Shown here piece by piece: positions 45,075 through 54,275 of a DNA stretch of 64,000 bases; position 1 is the first letter of the stretch; every line of letters starts with the position of its first letter. The translations under genes and the position numbers were made by a program. The stretch is from a virus. The stretch covers positions 1 through 64,000 of IMG/VR virus record IMGVR_UViG_3300033153_006492; one strand, written 5' to 3'. A model generated the notes under the pieces. That model did no database searches. It was given only the letters and a program-made list of their open reading frames with translations, and had not been told where the DNA came from.

Positions 45075-45704
45075 ATGATAATACAAGATGAAAAATTTTT
45101 ACGACAAATAAGCGTACCCGCGACATTAGATGAAGCGAAAGAAATAGCTGAAAAATTATTTGTAGAATTATTACAATGTAAGGATACTGACGTTGGTTTA
45201 GCTGCTCCTCAGATTGGGATATTGAAACAAGTTTGTGTTATTAGAGCGATGAAACCGATAGTATTAGTTAATCCTCGTATTGTTAGTGCCGAAGGTGAAA
45301 CATGGTATCAGGAAGGGTGTTTATCCTTCCCAGGAGCGTCCGTGAGGACACGTAGGCACACCGATATAGTTGTGAAGGTAGATTATTTAGGCGTTGGTAC
45401 AGAGGTCATACAGGAATGGAAAGAAGATGTAGAATTAGCATTTTCTGGTGATGGATTTCATCAAATTGAAGAAGATATGGCTTTACTTGAATGTGTAGCC
45501 GTGCAGCATGAAGTGGATCATTTATCAGGAGTTTTATTTTTTGATAGAGAATGGAAGAATGAACCTGTGAAGGCGAAAAAGAAATATAGTCCAAATGAAA
45601 GAATTGATATTATTCATCTTGGAACAAAAGATAGACTTGAGCGTATAAAATATAAAAAGTACGTTAAAGATTACGAACCAGGAGGGTGGAAAATAGATGG
45701 ATAG
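45075..45704 (+). CDS. def: peptide deformylase
   Basis: GLAAPQIG, EGCLS, QHEVDHL. Confidence 0.95.
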   Translation: MIIQDEKFLRQISVPATLDEAKEIAEKLFVELLQCKDTDVGLAAPQIGILKQVCVIRAMKPIVLVNPRIVSAEGETWYQEGCLSFPGASVRTRRHTDIVVKVDYLGVGTEVIQEWKEDVELAFSGDGFHQIEEDMALLECVAVQHEVDHLSGVLFFDREWKNEPVKAKKKYSPNERIDIIHLGTKDRLERIKYKKYVKDYEPGGWKIDG

Positions 45705-46026
45705 GATAATTTACGAATATGATTTCGATGATGAATTTGGTCACTTGGATGAATTGGATGAAGAAAGAGAACCAACCAGAATTATATATGAATATGAAAA
45801 TGATTTTAACATATTTGAATTTAAGTTATTATGTATTAAATTGGCTGGGAGTATTGGATACAGTCCAGATTCAATCAATGAAGCGTTTGGGAAGGATTCA
45901 CTTCCGTTAGAAAAGGAAGCATTACGACAAGCTCAAATAAAAGATTTAATATGGAACACAACTTGGCCGGAGGAGAAGTCTGGTATACCATTACATAGAT
46001 CAGCGAGCGAAGATGAGCGAAGATGA
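45697..46026 (+). CDS. hypothetical protein
   Basis: ORF track. Confidence 0.65.
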   Translation: MDRIIYEYDFDDEFGHLDELDEEREPTRIIYEYENDFNIFEFKLLCIKLAGSIGYSPDSINEAFGKDSLPLEKEALRQAQIKDLIWNTTWPEEKSGIPLHRSASEDERR

Positions 46027-46058
46027 AGGTGTTTAATTTAATTTTATATATTTATATG

Positions 46059-46070
46059 TGTTCTTTGAAA
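46059..46070 (+). promoter_or_regulatory. boxA antitermination element
   Basis: TGTTCTTTGAAA just after the TATATATTTATA motif, ~100 nt before tmRNA. Confidence 0.6.
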
Positions 46071-46168
46071 TAATTTGTGTTGAATATAAAGCCTTAAAAC
46101 ATAACAGAAAGGTTTTGAGTTATGCTAATGCCGATGTGCAGGTATCCTTATTTAACACACAACTTTAT

Positions 46169-46504
46169 GGGAGCGTTCATGGATTCGATCAGAGGATAAA
46201 AGTAAATGACAGCAATACGTTGGGAAACGTAAAATCTAATAAAGAATAATTAACAACTCATATCAACTTGCTGCGTAATTAATTGCGTAGTCGTCAATCC
46301 ATCTTTTGTCGAGAGGTGGAAATTGACGCCGTATTCGACAAGAACTTTTGGTGGTAGGTCAAAACAAAAATATCTACTCGTGGGTAATAAATTTTCTTGT
46401 TTATTTTTAGTTTATTTTACACGTTAAAATTTAAGAATAAACTATTATTGTAGAAGTCATTTAAGTTTGCTTTTGAGACGCGGGCTCGATTCCCGCCGCT
46501 TCCA
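46169..46504 (+). ncRNA. ssrA: tmRNA
   Basis: GGGAGCG/CGCTTCC-A with G3:U70, GGATTCGA, T arm GCGGG-CTCGATT-CCCGC; tag frame (A)NNSYQLAA* at 46252-46278. Confidence 0.93.
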
Positions 46505-46532
46505 CTTTTAATTTAATACAAAGGAGAATTGA

Positions 46533-46745
46533 ATGGGATTTTTTTCAAACATTTTTAGTTCAAATGATACTTCAAACGCAGCACGTAATGAGCGTACAAG
46601 TAATGATCATAAGACTGCTTGGATGACGAATAAACAAACTTATGGAAAATGGTTATCTGCCGCTGATTATGAAGCCAAGACTGGTCGGAGAGGTATACTC
46701 GATTCAAACAGTTTAGCCGAAAAACTAGCCAGCTTGGATGATTAA
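46533..46745 (+). CDS. hypothetical protein
   Basis: AAGGAG RBS. Confidence 0.65.
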   Translation: MGFFSNIFSSNDTSNAARNERTSNDHKTAWMTNKQTYGKWLSAADYEAKTGRRGILDSNSLAEKLASLDD

Positions 46746-47053
46746 TGAGATTAAAACCAAAGGAAAAAGCTAAGTTAGATACACGACGAAAAATGTGGAA
46801 GTTGTTTGATTGGCATTGGGCTCATCAGAGAACTGATGGTGGATATTACAAAACAGATTATACGTCCAATGAAGATGAATGTAAAGGTTATGGATATTTT
46901 AAACATAATCATTCTTTATCTTGTACTGATCATGCGACTTGTAGAATGCAATTATCAGAAAAACGGCGGGAAAGAAAAAGAGACCGCCGATTAAATAAAA
47001 AAGAAGATCGTAATTTAATGAAGGTTATTAACTGTCACGGTGAAATCGAATAA
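46745..47053 (+). CDS. basic hypothetical protein
   Basis: Translationally coupled to previous ORF. Confidence 0.65.
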   Translation: MRLKPKEKAKLDTRRKMWKLFDWHWAHQRTDGGYYKTDYTSNEDECKGYGYFKHNHSLSCTDHATCRMQLSEKRRERKRDRRLNKKEDRNLMKVINCHGEIE

Positions 47054-47072
47054 TTAAATAAAATTTATAGAA

Positions 47073-47144
47073 GTGCCATAGGTGTTACTGGAAGCACGCC
47101 ACGTTGCCAACGTGGAGGAACGAGTTCAAGCCTCGTATGGCGCT
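47073..47144 (+). tRNA. tRNA-Gly(GCC)
   Basis: GTGCCAT/ATGGCGC-T, CCACG-TTGCCAA-CGTGG. Confidence 0.88.
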
Positions 47145-47181
47145 CTTTTTTTATTATACTCAAAAACGAAGGAGAATTAAG

Positions 47182-47922
47182 ATGAACTTATTTACTAAAA
47201 CGAAGTATGCTATTTTAAGCAGACTGGTTTTTGTTAGAGTGTGGTATGAAAATTTAACAAAGGTAAACATAATGGCATTTGCAATTAGTGTTCTTATGCT
47301 GTTACTTGTTAATGTAGCATTTCATACACAAACTATAAAGTGGGAAGTTTATAAACAAGAAAAACACATCAGTAGATTAACTGATGATATTTATAGATTA
47401 AATAATGATGTTCAACATAAAGATTCGGTAATAGTTGCTGTAAATACTGAACATCAACAAATGAAAGATTTTATTAAGGATGTATTTACCACTGATTATT
47501 ATACAACCAGTTTAACAGGTTACCATCCAGTAGTTGAACAATGTGATTCAACTCCTGATATTACTGCTGATGGAACAAAGATTGACATAAATAGAGCTGG
47601 AGAATATAAATATGTTGCTCTTAGTCGTGATTTGTTAACTCACTTTAATAGTCGTGGTGCGAAAATACGATTTGGTGATTATATCATGGTTAAAGGAACT
47701 ACAAACAATGATGGTATTTATCAAGTTAGAGATACGATGAATGCTCGACATACTGAATGGATTGATATTTTATTGACACCTGGAGAAAAATCGTTTTATT
47801 ATAGAAATATCTTAATGACGAAAATAACGAATCCAATATATATTAGTATGTTACAAGATGTGTATAATTTTCCAACACATGCTCCATTAGCTATGGGTGA
47901 ACCTGAAGTAAAAATAAATTAA
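47182..47922 (+). CDS. membrane-anchored 3D-domain (MltA-like) protein
   Basis: TM, coiled coil, TGYHP..QCDSTPDITADG, VALSRD, VRDTMN...IDIL. Confidence 0.8.
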   Translation: MNLFTKTKYAILSRLVFVRVWYENLTKVNIMAFAISVLMLLLVNVAFHTQTIKWEVYKQEKHISRLTDDIYRLNNDVQHKDSVIVAVNTEHQQMKDFIKDVFTTDYYTTSLTGYHPVVEQCDSTPDITADGTKIDINRAGEYKYVALSRDLLTHFNSRGAKIRFGDYIMVKGTTNNDGIYQVRDTMNARHTEWIDILLTPGEKSFYYRNILMTKITNPIYISMLQDVYNFPTHAPLAMGEPEVKIN

Positions 47923-47982
47923 ATTTGACTTTTAACGCTCCATTCATTATATTATCTGTATACAAAATGAATGGAGCTTTAA

Positions 47983-48774
47983 ATGAAAAAGAATTATCTG
48001 CACGAACATCAATCAAAGGGGAAGTCAATTGTTTCTCGTCGTTGGAAACTTGATGTACGAGATGTAGTTAATAATTATGATTTTGGTTTTATTGATGCAC
48101 ATGCTAAAGGTGGAAAATGTGAATTGTGTGGTAATAGTTTAACTTATGTTGCTGTTATTGGTGGTAATCATTTACATGAATCTAATAATTACAAAAAATA
48201 TTCTGTAGGATTTGATTGTTTACAATTAGTATTTGGTCGTGATTGGAATGATTATCGTAAAGCCAAATATGCCATTGACCAATTGAAAAAAGAAGCGGCT
48301 CGTCAACGGCGAATTGTTGATTATGCTGTGCGTTATGATGATATAATTGATTGGTTAAATGAATGGTCTGAGTATGTCGAAAGCAATTGGTTTCTTAGAA
48401 GTATGAAAGATGTTTTGCTTTCTGGTTCGAAAGTTTTTACTGTGAACATGGAAGGTTCTGTTCGTACTCAAATGGAAAAAAGTGTTTATTCAGCTGATGA
48501 ATATACAAAAAAATTAAAACATCACAAAGAACATGTTTTACCTCGTTTGAAGTTACTGTATGATTTGGTTTGCCGTGTTGATAAAATTACTCCTGGAACA
48601 TTGACTGAATTTAACGACAAAAGTAATTATGCTTTTGTTAATAGTGTTTATTACAAAGCAAAGAAATATAATAAAATATCACCTTCTCAGTTAGAATGGA
48701 TGAATAAACTATATGACCGATATACAGAACGTGAACAAAATGTAGTTGTCGATACATCAGACATTCCATTCTAA
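47983..48774 (+). CDS. hypothetical protein (CxxC...VGFDC)
   Basis: Own promoter TTGACT-17-TATATT at 47925-47953. Confidence 0.75.
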   Translation: MKKNYLHEHQSKGKSIVSRRWKLDVRDVVNNYDFGFIDAHAKGGKCELCGNSLTYVAVIGGNHLHESNNYKKYSVGFDCLQLVFGRDWNDYRKAKYAIDQLKKEAARQRRIVDYAVRYDDIIDWLNEWSEYVESNWFLRSMKDVLLSGSKVFTVNMEGSVRTQMEKSVYSADEYTKKLKHHKEHVLPRLKLLYDLVCRVDKITPGTLTEFNDKSNYAFVNSVYYKAKKYNKISPSQLEWMNKLYDRYTEREQNVVVDTSDIPF

Positions 48775-48918
48775 AATAACAAATCTGTTTACAAATTAAC
48801 CCGACCAGTAAGGTTCACCTGAAAGTTGGGTTTTTTTATTTAAAATGGAACTTAAATACAATAGAATAAGTATAATAAAGGTAATGAATAAAAACTTTAC
48901 TATATTTAAGGAGAAAGT

Positions 48919-49737
48919 ATGATTGATGAAAAACAAATAGAAACTAATTGGAACAATTTAATTACCTTTATTGAGAATTCGTTTGAAGGAGAACGTGAAG
49001 AACGGTTACTTAAATTATATACGGAATACGCTGATAGAATTGCTACATCACCAGCTTCTGGTAAAATCAATTATCATTCTTGTTATACTGGTGGGTATGT
49101 ACAACATGTATTAAATGTAATTGAATATGTAAACAAGGTATCAAAACTTTGGCAGGGTATTGGTGGGAAAGCGACATATACAGAAGAAGAATTAAATTTT
49201 GCTGCCCTTAATCATGATTTAGGAAAAATTGGTGACCTCAATTATGAGTATTATGTTCAAACAGATGAACAATGGAAAATTAAACGCGGACAATTATATG
49301 ACTTTCATCCACTGTTACCTTATATGGGTGTTCCTGACAGGTCGATTTTTTGGTTACAACATTATGGGATAACAATTACTCACACAGAATATCTTGGTAT
49401 TAAACTTCATGATGGGCTTTACGAAGAAGGCAATAAAAGTTATTATATGACATATGATCCTCGATTTGGATTGAGAACTATGTTACCATTTGTTATGCAT
49501 TGGGGTGATATGATGGCGTCCAAACTTGAGTATGAACAATGGTTAGCTACATCAGATGGTATTCGTTTTATGGAAAGTGGAGGAAGCAATGCAGGAGGTA
49601 TTGTTGCTCCGAAAAGGAAGGCTAAGAAAACACCGTTTACACTTGAACCTGGAGTGGCTACAGAGGGAGTTGATATAAAGTCATTTGAAGAGTTATTTGA
49701 AGCCATTGATATGAAAAGCGAGAAGAAAAATGATTGA
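48919..49737 (+). CDS. HD-domain phosphohydrolase
   Basis: PAS...YH...GGYVQHVL, LNHDLGK, HDG, HWGD. Confidence 0.85.
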   Translation: MIDEKQIETNWNNLITFIENSFEGEREERLLKLYTEYADRIATSPASGKINYHSCYTGGYVQHVLNVIEYVNKVSKLWQGIGGKATYTEEELNFAALNHDLGKIGDLNYEYYVQTDEQWKIKRGQLYDFHPLLPYMGVPDRSIFWLQHYGITITHTEYLGIKLHDGLYEEGNKSYYMTYDPRFGLRTMLPFVMHWGDMMASKLEYEQWLATSDGIRFMESGGSNAGGIVAPKRKAKKTPFTLEPGVATEGVDIKSFEELFEAIDMKSEKKND

Positions 49738-50143
49738 AATAATAATTATAGCTGTTTTAGTGAGTATGGTCATTGCCGAAGGAATTATTATTCGGCGTAA
49801 AATGGCACAAAACAATAGATACCAAAATGTTCTTACTTCATATGAAACTTGGATAGAAAATTTTACATTAACTATAGCATCAATTGATTCTGAATTAGAT
49901 CGATTGGATGATGCTGGAACATTTCGTTCTGATGATGAAATAGGTTTCTTTTTTCAAGCGATATATTCAGTGTTAAAAAAATTATCAGAGTATGGTTTAA
50001 TTGACGATCCAGACGAAAAGCCACAAGAACCAGTAGAATATCCAAATGAAATTACTGAAAAGGATAAAACATATAATAGAGTAAAAGAAAGAAATAGATT
50101 AGGCATAGATATGTCTGATGTACAGAATTTGTTGAAAAAATAA
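49730..50143 (+). CDS. hypothetical membrane-anchored protein
   Basis: N-terminal TM; GTFRSDDEIGFFF. Confidence 0.7.
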   Translation: MIEIIIIAVLVSMVIAEGIIIRRKMAQNNRYQNVLTSYETWIENFTLTIASIDSELDRLDDAGTFRSDDEIGFFFQAIYSVLKKLSEYGLIDDPDEKPQEPVEYPNEITEKDKTYNRVKERNRLGIDMSDVQNLLKK

Positions 50144-50174
50144 TGTTAATATTGGATAGCAATGGAGAAGATTA

Positions 50175-50885
50175 ATGGCGAGGAATAAAATTTATTTTAC
50201 GAAGGATGCTGAGAATGCAATTGTTCAATTTAATGGAATGGATGATCAAGTAGCGAAGTCAAAGTTATATCGGGAAAAAATAGAAAAGCCTATAAATAAA
50301 TTGGTTGAAAATATAATAAATCGTTTTAAGTTTCCATACTTTCAAGGTGTATCAGAAAATTTACAAGCTGAAGTTGTTTCATTTTTAGTTTTGAATATGC
50401 ATAAGTATCAACAAGATAAGGGTAAAGCGTTTTCTTATTTTTCTATTTTGGCAAAGAATCATTTAATCTTAAATAACACTGACGAATATAAATACAAGAA
50501 GACAAAACAACGAATTGATGTAGGTGAAAGCGAATATGTATTTGACATTGTTGATGAGGATCAAGAAAGAAAATTTAATGATGATGTTCCTGAATTTATA
50601 GTATTAATGATTGAGTATTGGGAAAAAAATCTATCATGTATATTTACGAAACGGCAAGAAATTATGATAGCTGATGCCATTATTACTTTATTTAGACGAT
50701 CACAATCAATAGAAAATCATAATAAAAAATCTCTTTATTTGATGATTCGTGAAATGACTGGATTACGAACTCAGTACATTACTGCTGTTGTTAATAAAAT
50801 GAGGGAACACATAGTTGCCTTACAAAAATCGTATGCTAATACAGGTTATTTCAATACGAATGAATATTTTGATGAATTTATTTGA
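50175..50885 (+). CDS. phage late sigma factor (T4 gp55-like)
   Basis: IINRFKF..., KYQQDKGKAFSYFSILAKN sigma region-2 pattern; sits at the start of the structural module. Confidence 0.65.
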   Translation: MARNKIYFTKDAENAIVQFNGMDDQVAKSKLYREKIEKPINKLVENIINRFKFPYFQGVSENLQAEVVSFLVLNMHKYQQDKGKAFSYFSILAKNHLILNNTDEYKYKKTKQRIDVGESEYVFDIVDEDQERKFNDDVPEFIVLMIEYWEKNLSCIFTKRQEIMIADAIITLFRRSQSIENHNKKSLYLMIREMTGLRTQYITAVVNKMREHIVALQKSYANTGYFNTNEYFDEFI

Positions 50886-50910
50886 GTTAATTAATTAAAA
50901 ATAAACAACG

Positions 50911-50943
50911 AGGTCTCGCCTATTTAGGTTGAGACCTTTTTTT
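50911..50943 (+). terminator. intrinsic terminator
   Basis: AGGTCTC...GAGACCT plus T run. Confidence 0.75.
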
Positions 50944-50994
50944 GTTTACTTTTATATTTATATATGATGAAATATGATTACAATGGAGATTATT

Positions 50995-51429
50995 ATGGAC
51001 GACAAAAAAGGATACGAAATATTTGAAGGAAAAACGCTTTCTAATTTATTTGAAGATATTTATAATAATTCTAGCACTACACGGAGCCGAGTTGATACTC
51101 TTATAGAACAATTAAAGAAATTTGTTACTAATATTGATAGTGCAATAGTTGTTGTTCCTCTTATTAAGGAATATCTTGATATAAAAGTAAAGAGCGACGA
51201 ACATTTGGTTAAATTATCTGATACTATACAACGAATGTTGCGCAATGAAAAATCATCTGATGAAGATGGAACTCTTATATCAGAAGATGAAAAAAGACAA
51301 ATACTTGAAAAGGTGCCAACATATGAAGAGGTTAGAATAAAAGAACAAAAACGATTATCTGAATTAGGTAATCAATTTGATGAGATTAAAACTAAATTAG
51401 ATGTTGATGTTACTGTGGAGAAAAATTAA
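50995..51429 (+). CDS. conserved phage protein (late module)
   Basis: After ATATTTATA motif; VPLIKEYLDIKVKSDEHLVKL. Confidence 0.7.
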   Translation: MDDKKGYEIFEGKTLSNLFEDIYNNSSTTRSRVDTLIEQLKKFVTNIDSAIVVVPLIKEYLDIKVKSDEHLVKLSDTIQRMLRNEKSSDEDGTLISEDEKRQILEKVPTYEEVRIKEQKRLSELGNQFDEIKTKLDVDVTVEKN

Positions 51430-52637
51430 TGGCATTTAGTATAGATAAAAGTTCGGGAGGTAGTCGTTATGGTAATAAACAGGGGATAGCCACACAAGGA
51501 ACAGATCCTTCTCGAGGAATTGGAGCTCCTAATTATGAATTTTATGAACTTGAATCAGCTGAAGTTATTGATGTTATTTTAAATGAAGAACATCCTGATT
51601 TTGAAACATATGAAGATATTGGAAAAGCCAAAATTCGTTTTATTACAAGTGAAGTTGGGAAGGAAGAATCATTATTATCTTGGGCTAAACCGATTGATCC
51701 TAATATAAAAGTTTATCCACTTTTACATGAAATTGTAATTGGGGCTGTATTATTTTCAGATTTATATTATACTCAACGACTTAATATATTTAACAATCCC
51801 AATGAAAATTCTTATCCCGGTGCGAGTTTGCCTGATTTGTCCAGAGAATATAAATCTAAAAGAAAAGCAAATGACTATGAAGATGTGTCTAATTCTGGTT
51901 CTCCAAACAAGAAACCCAAAGCTGGAGATGTTAAGTTAGGAAAAACATTTAAAGTTGGTGATGTTAAGCCAATGCTTCCAATGGAAGGCGATTTAATAAT
52001 TGAAGGTAGATTTGGACAGTCAATTCGGTTTGGTTCTAATCCTGAAACACAATTGCCAAATTTTAAATTAAAGGTTGGGCAACCAGACGAAATTTCTGAT
52101 GAACCACTTCAACTTATAGAGGAAAATATAAATGATGATCCGAATTCCATATGGATTAGTTCAACAGATGAAGTAATTGAGCTTTTACCAGCGACGGCTG
52201 AATCAAAGGTACACTTACAATTTTACGACGACAAACCAAATGAATTTATTGGAAATCAGATATTTATCAATAGTGATAGACTTGTTTTTAATTCAAAGGC
52301 ATTTGAAACCATGATGTTTGCGAAGAAGGCAATAAATTTAGTCACTGAAGGAGTATTTACTGTTGATGCTGATCGTGATATGACTTTGAATACACCAGCA
52401 CAAATGATATTGAATAGTCCTAAGATTTATTTGGGTAGTGAAGATGCTACTGAACCTGTAGTATTGGGTGAAGCATTGAAGACATTATTAGAGGAAGTAA
52501 TTGATATGTTATTAAAACATATACATTTAACTGGAACAGGACCATCCAGCATGATGATACCGCCGGAACAAGCTCAAATAAATCAATGGAAAAGCAAACT
52601 TAGTTCTGCTCTTTCAAAACAAAATTTTAGCTTGTAA
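51429..52637 (+). CDS. baseplate hub/spike (gp5-like) protein
   Basis: YPLLHEIV, EGRFGQSIRF, INSDRLVFN, EPVVLGE, HIHLTGTGPS tip motif. Confidence 0.75.
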   Translation: MAFSIDKSSGGSRYGNKQGIATQGTDPSRGIGAPNYEFYELESAEVIDVILNEEHPDFETYEDIGKAKIRFITSEVGKEESLLSWAKPIDPNIKVYPLLHEIVIGAVLFSDLYYTQRLNIFNNPNENSYPGASLPDLSREYKSKRKANDYEDVSNSGSPNKKPKAGDVKLGKTFKVGDVKPMLPMEGDLIIEGRFGQSIRFGSNPETQLPNFKLKVGQPDEISDEPLQLIEENINDDPNSIWISSTDEVIELLPATAESKVHLQFYDDKPNEFIGNQIFINSDRLVFNSKAFETMMFAKKAINLVTEGVFTVDADRDMTLNTPAQMILNSPKIYLGSEDATEPVVLGEALKTLLEEVIDMLLKHIHLTGTGPSSMMIPPEQAQINQWKSKLSSALSKQNFSL

Positions 52638-52646
52638 GGAAACAAT

Positions 52647-53201
52647 ATGCCAATAAATTGGACGATTTTTAAACAAAATATAACAAGATACTTTGATGAT
52701 AATATGCGAGGTGAGGATAAGGAAAATCCAACAGCGAAGGATGTTTCAACGAAAATCGCCAATGAATATGAAACTGCTGTGAAGTTAGGTGGAGATTTAA
52801 TGTATAAGAATCCAGTGACTACATATAATAAACCTGGATTACAGATAAGTATACAAAATGCATTTGACATTGGACAAACTACTCCGTCGACCAGCGTCAT
52901 CCCGACATTATTTGGTGGTTGGTTTTCGACTGGGTTGATTCAATTTTGGACTGGAGCGCAGTTGGGGATGTTAATTCCGCCTCCTGGTTCGGTTAGTATA
53001 ATTTCAAATGTAGTATTGAGCCCTGGTGTTCCAGTACCTGTTATGAATATAAAAAATACAGAAAATAAGAATGAATTTGTAGATAGTATGATAGATTTAT
53101 TCAAATTACATTTACAATCAGTGAGTGGATTAACAACAGCATTTTTACCAACTGTTCCGGCACCAACACCCACTCCTTTCCCGTGGACGGGATATGGTTA
53201 A
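52647..53201 (+). CDS. virion structural protein
   Basis: Position in baseplate module; Pro-rich C-terminus PFPWTGY. Confidence 0.65.
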   Translation: MPINWTIFKQNITRYFDDNMRGEDKENPTAKDVSTKIANEYETAVKLGGDLMYKNPVTTYNKPGLQISIQNAFDIGQTTPSTSVIPTLFGGWFSTGLIQFWTGAQLGMLIPPPGSVSIISNVVLSPGVPVPVMNIKNTENKNEFVDSMIDLFKLHLQSVSGLTTAFLPTVPAPTPTPFPWTGYG

Positions 53202-53218
53202 TATAGGAGATATTTGAT

Positions 53219-53875
53219 ATGGCTTTAACAAAAAAAGATTTACGACTTATGATAAGCGAGGCTGTTAGGGATACAATTATTAAGGAAATAAAGCCTTTAA
53301 TAAAAAAGACAATCAAGCAAGAATTTTATAAGATATTAGAAGAAGCGGAAACTGTGCGTCCAACTAAACCAACAGCTAAACCAGTGATTGCTGAATCAGA
53401 TGATTTGAGTTTAACTCAATTATTAGATTCTCCACTTGAAGAAGATGAAACTCGACAAGCTGTTCAAGAAAAAATCTTTAGTGGTGGTCGTGGTGGTAAA
53501 TTTGCTGACATACTTAATCAAACAGCGACGGAAGTATCAACAGGTCAAACATTAACTTCTCCAGGTACAGGTGGACAACGAGAAATTGTATTAAATGAAT
53601 CTCAACCAGAGAAGGCATTTGACTCGGCTAAACTTACTGAACAGTTAGGATATGGAGATGGATTTACTAAAGTTGGGGCTGGTTCAAGGATACCCGGAAC
53701 TGAAGCAAGGTCGAAGGGTTCACTTGACAAGGTATCATTACCGACGACAAATCCAAATGGTTCTCCAATAGATTTTAGTAAAGTACCTGTAGACATAGTA
53801 AAAAATATGATGAGAGATTATAGTGGATTATTGAAAAAAACAGATCAAAAAGTAAGTAGAACGAGAGGTAATTAA
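53219..53875 (+). CDS. conserved phage structural-module protein
   Basis: DILNQTA, MRDYSGLLK. Confidence 0.65.
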   Translation: MALTKKDLRLMISEAVRDTIIKEIKPLIKKTIKQEFYKILEEAETVRPTKPTAKPVIAESDDLSLTQLLDSPLEEDETRQAVQEKIFSGGRGGKFADILNQTATEVSTGQTLTSPGTGGQREIVLNESQPEKAFDSAKLTEQLGYGDGFTKVGAGSRIPGTEARSKGSLDKVSLPTTNPNGSPIDFSKVPVDIVKNMMRDYSGLLKKTDQKVSRTRGN

Positions 53876-54262
53876 ATGGCTGAACCAATTGGAGTTGTAG
53901 TGCCTATACAACTTGGCAATACAGGATATTTTAATCAGACTTTCACTTCTATTGATGAAGCAAAGGCGAACATGTATAATTTATTATTGACTCAGAAGGG
54001 TGAACGACCAATGCAGCCTAATTTTGGAACAAGCATATATGGTCGTCTTTTTGAACCGATAACAAGGGATTTAAAGGCTACAATAGAAAGCGAAATCCAA
54101 GAAGCAATAGAAATGTGGTTGCCGTATGTTGAGGTAGTTGATTTAGAGGTTGATATATCAGACGTAAACATTGATAATAACCGTATAGATATTAAATTAG
54201 GTTTTGGATTAAAGCGTAATATAAAAGAATATGCTGAAATAATAGTAACATTTGCACCATAA
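53876..54262 (+). CDS. baseplate gp25-like protein
   Basis: NLLLTQKGERPMQPNFGT...LFEP. Confidence 0.92.
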   Translation: MAEPIGVVVPIQLGNTGYFNQTFTSIDEAKANMYNLLLTQKGERPMQPNFGTSIYGRLFEPITRDLKATIESEIQEAIEMWLPYVEVVDLEVDISDVNIDNNRIDIKLGFGLKRNIKEYAEIIVTFAP

Positions 54263-54275
54263 ACGGAGATAAATA

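Noticed and set aside
46058-46249. 63-aa ORF in the track
   Set aside because: It overlaps boxA and the tmRNA 5' end and has no RBS.
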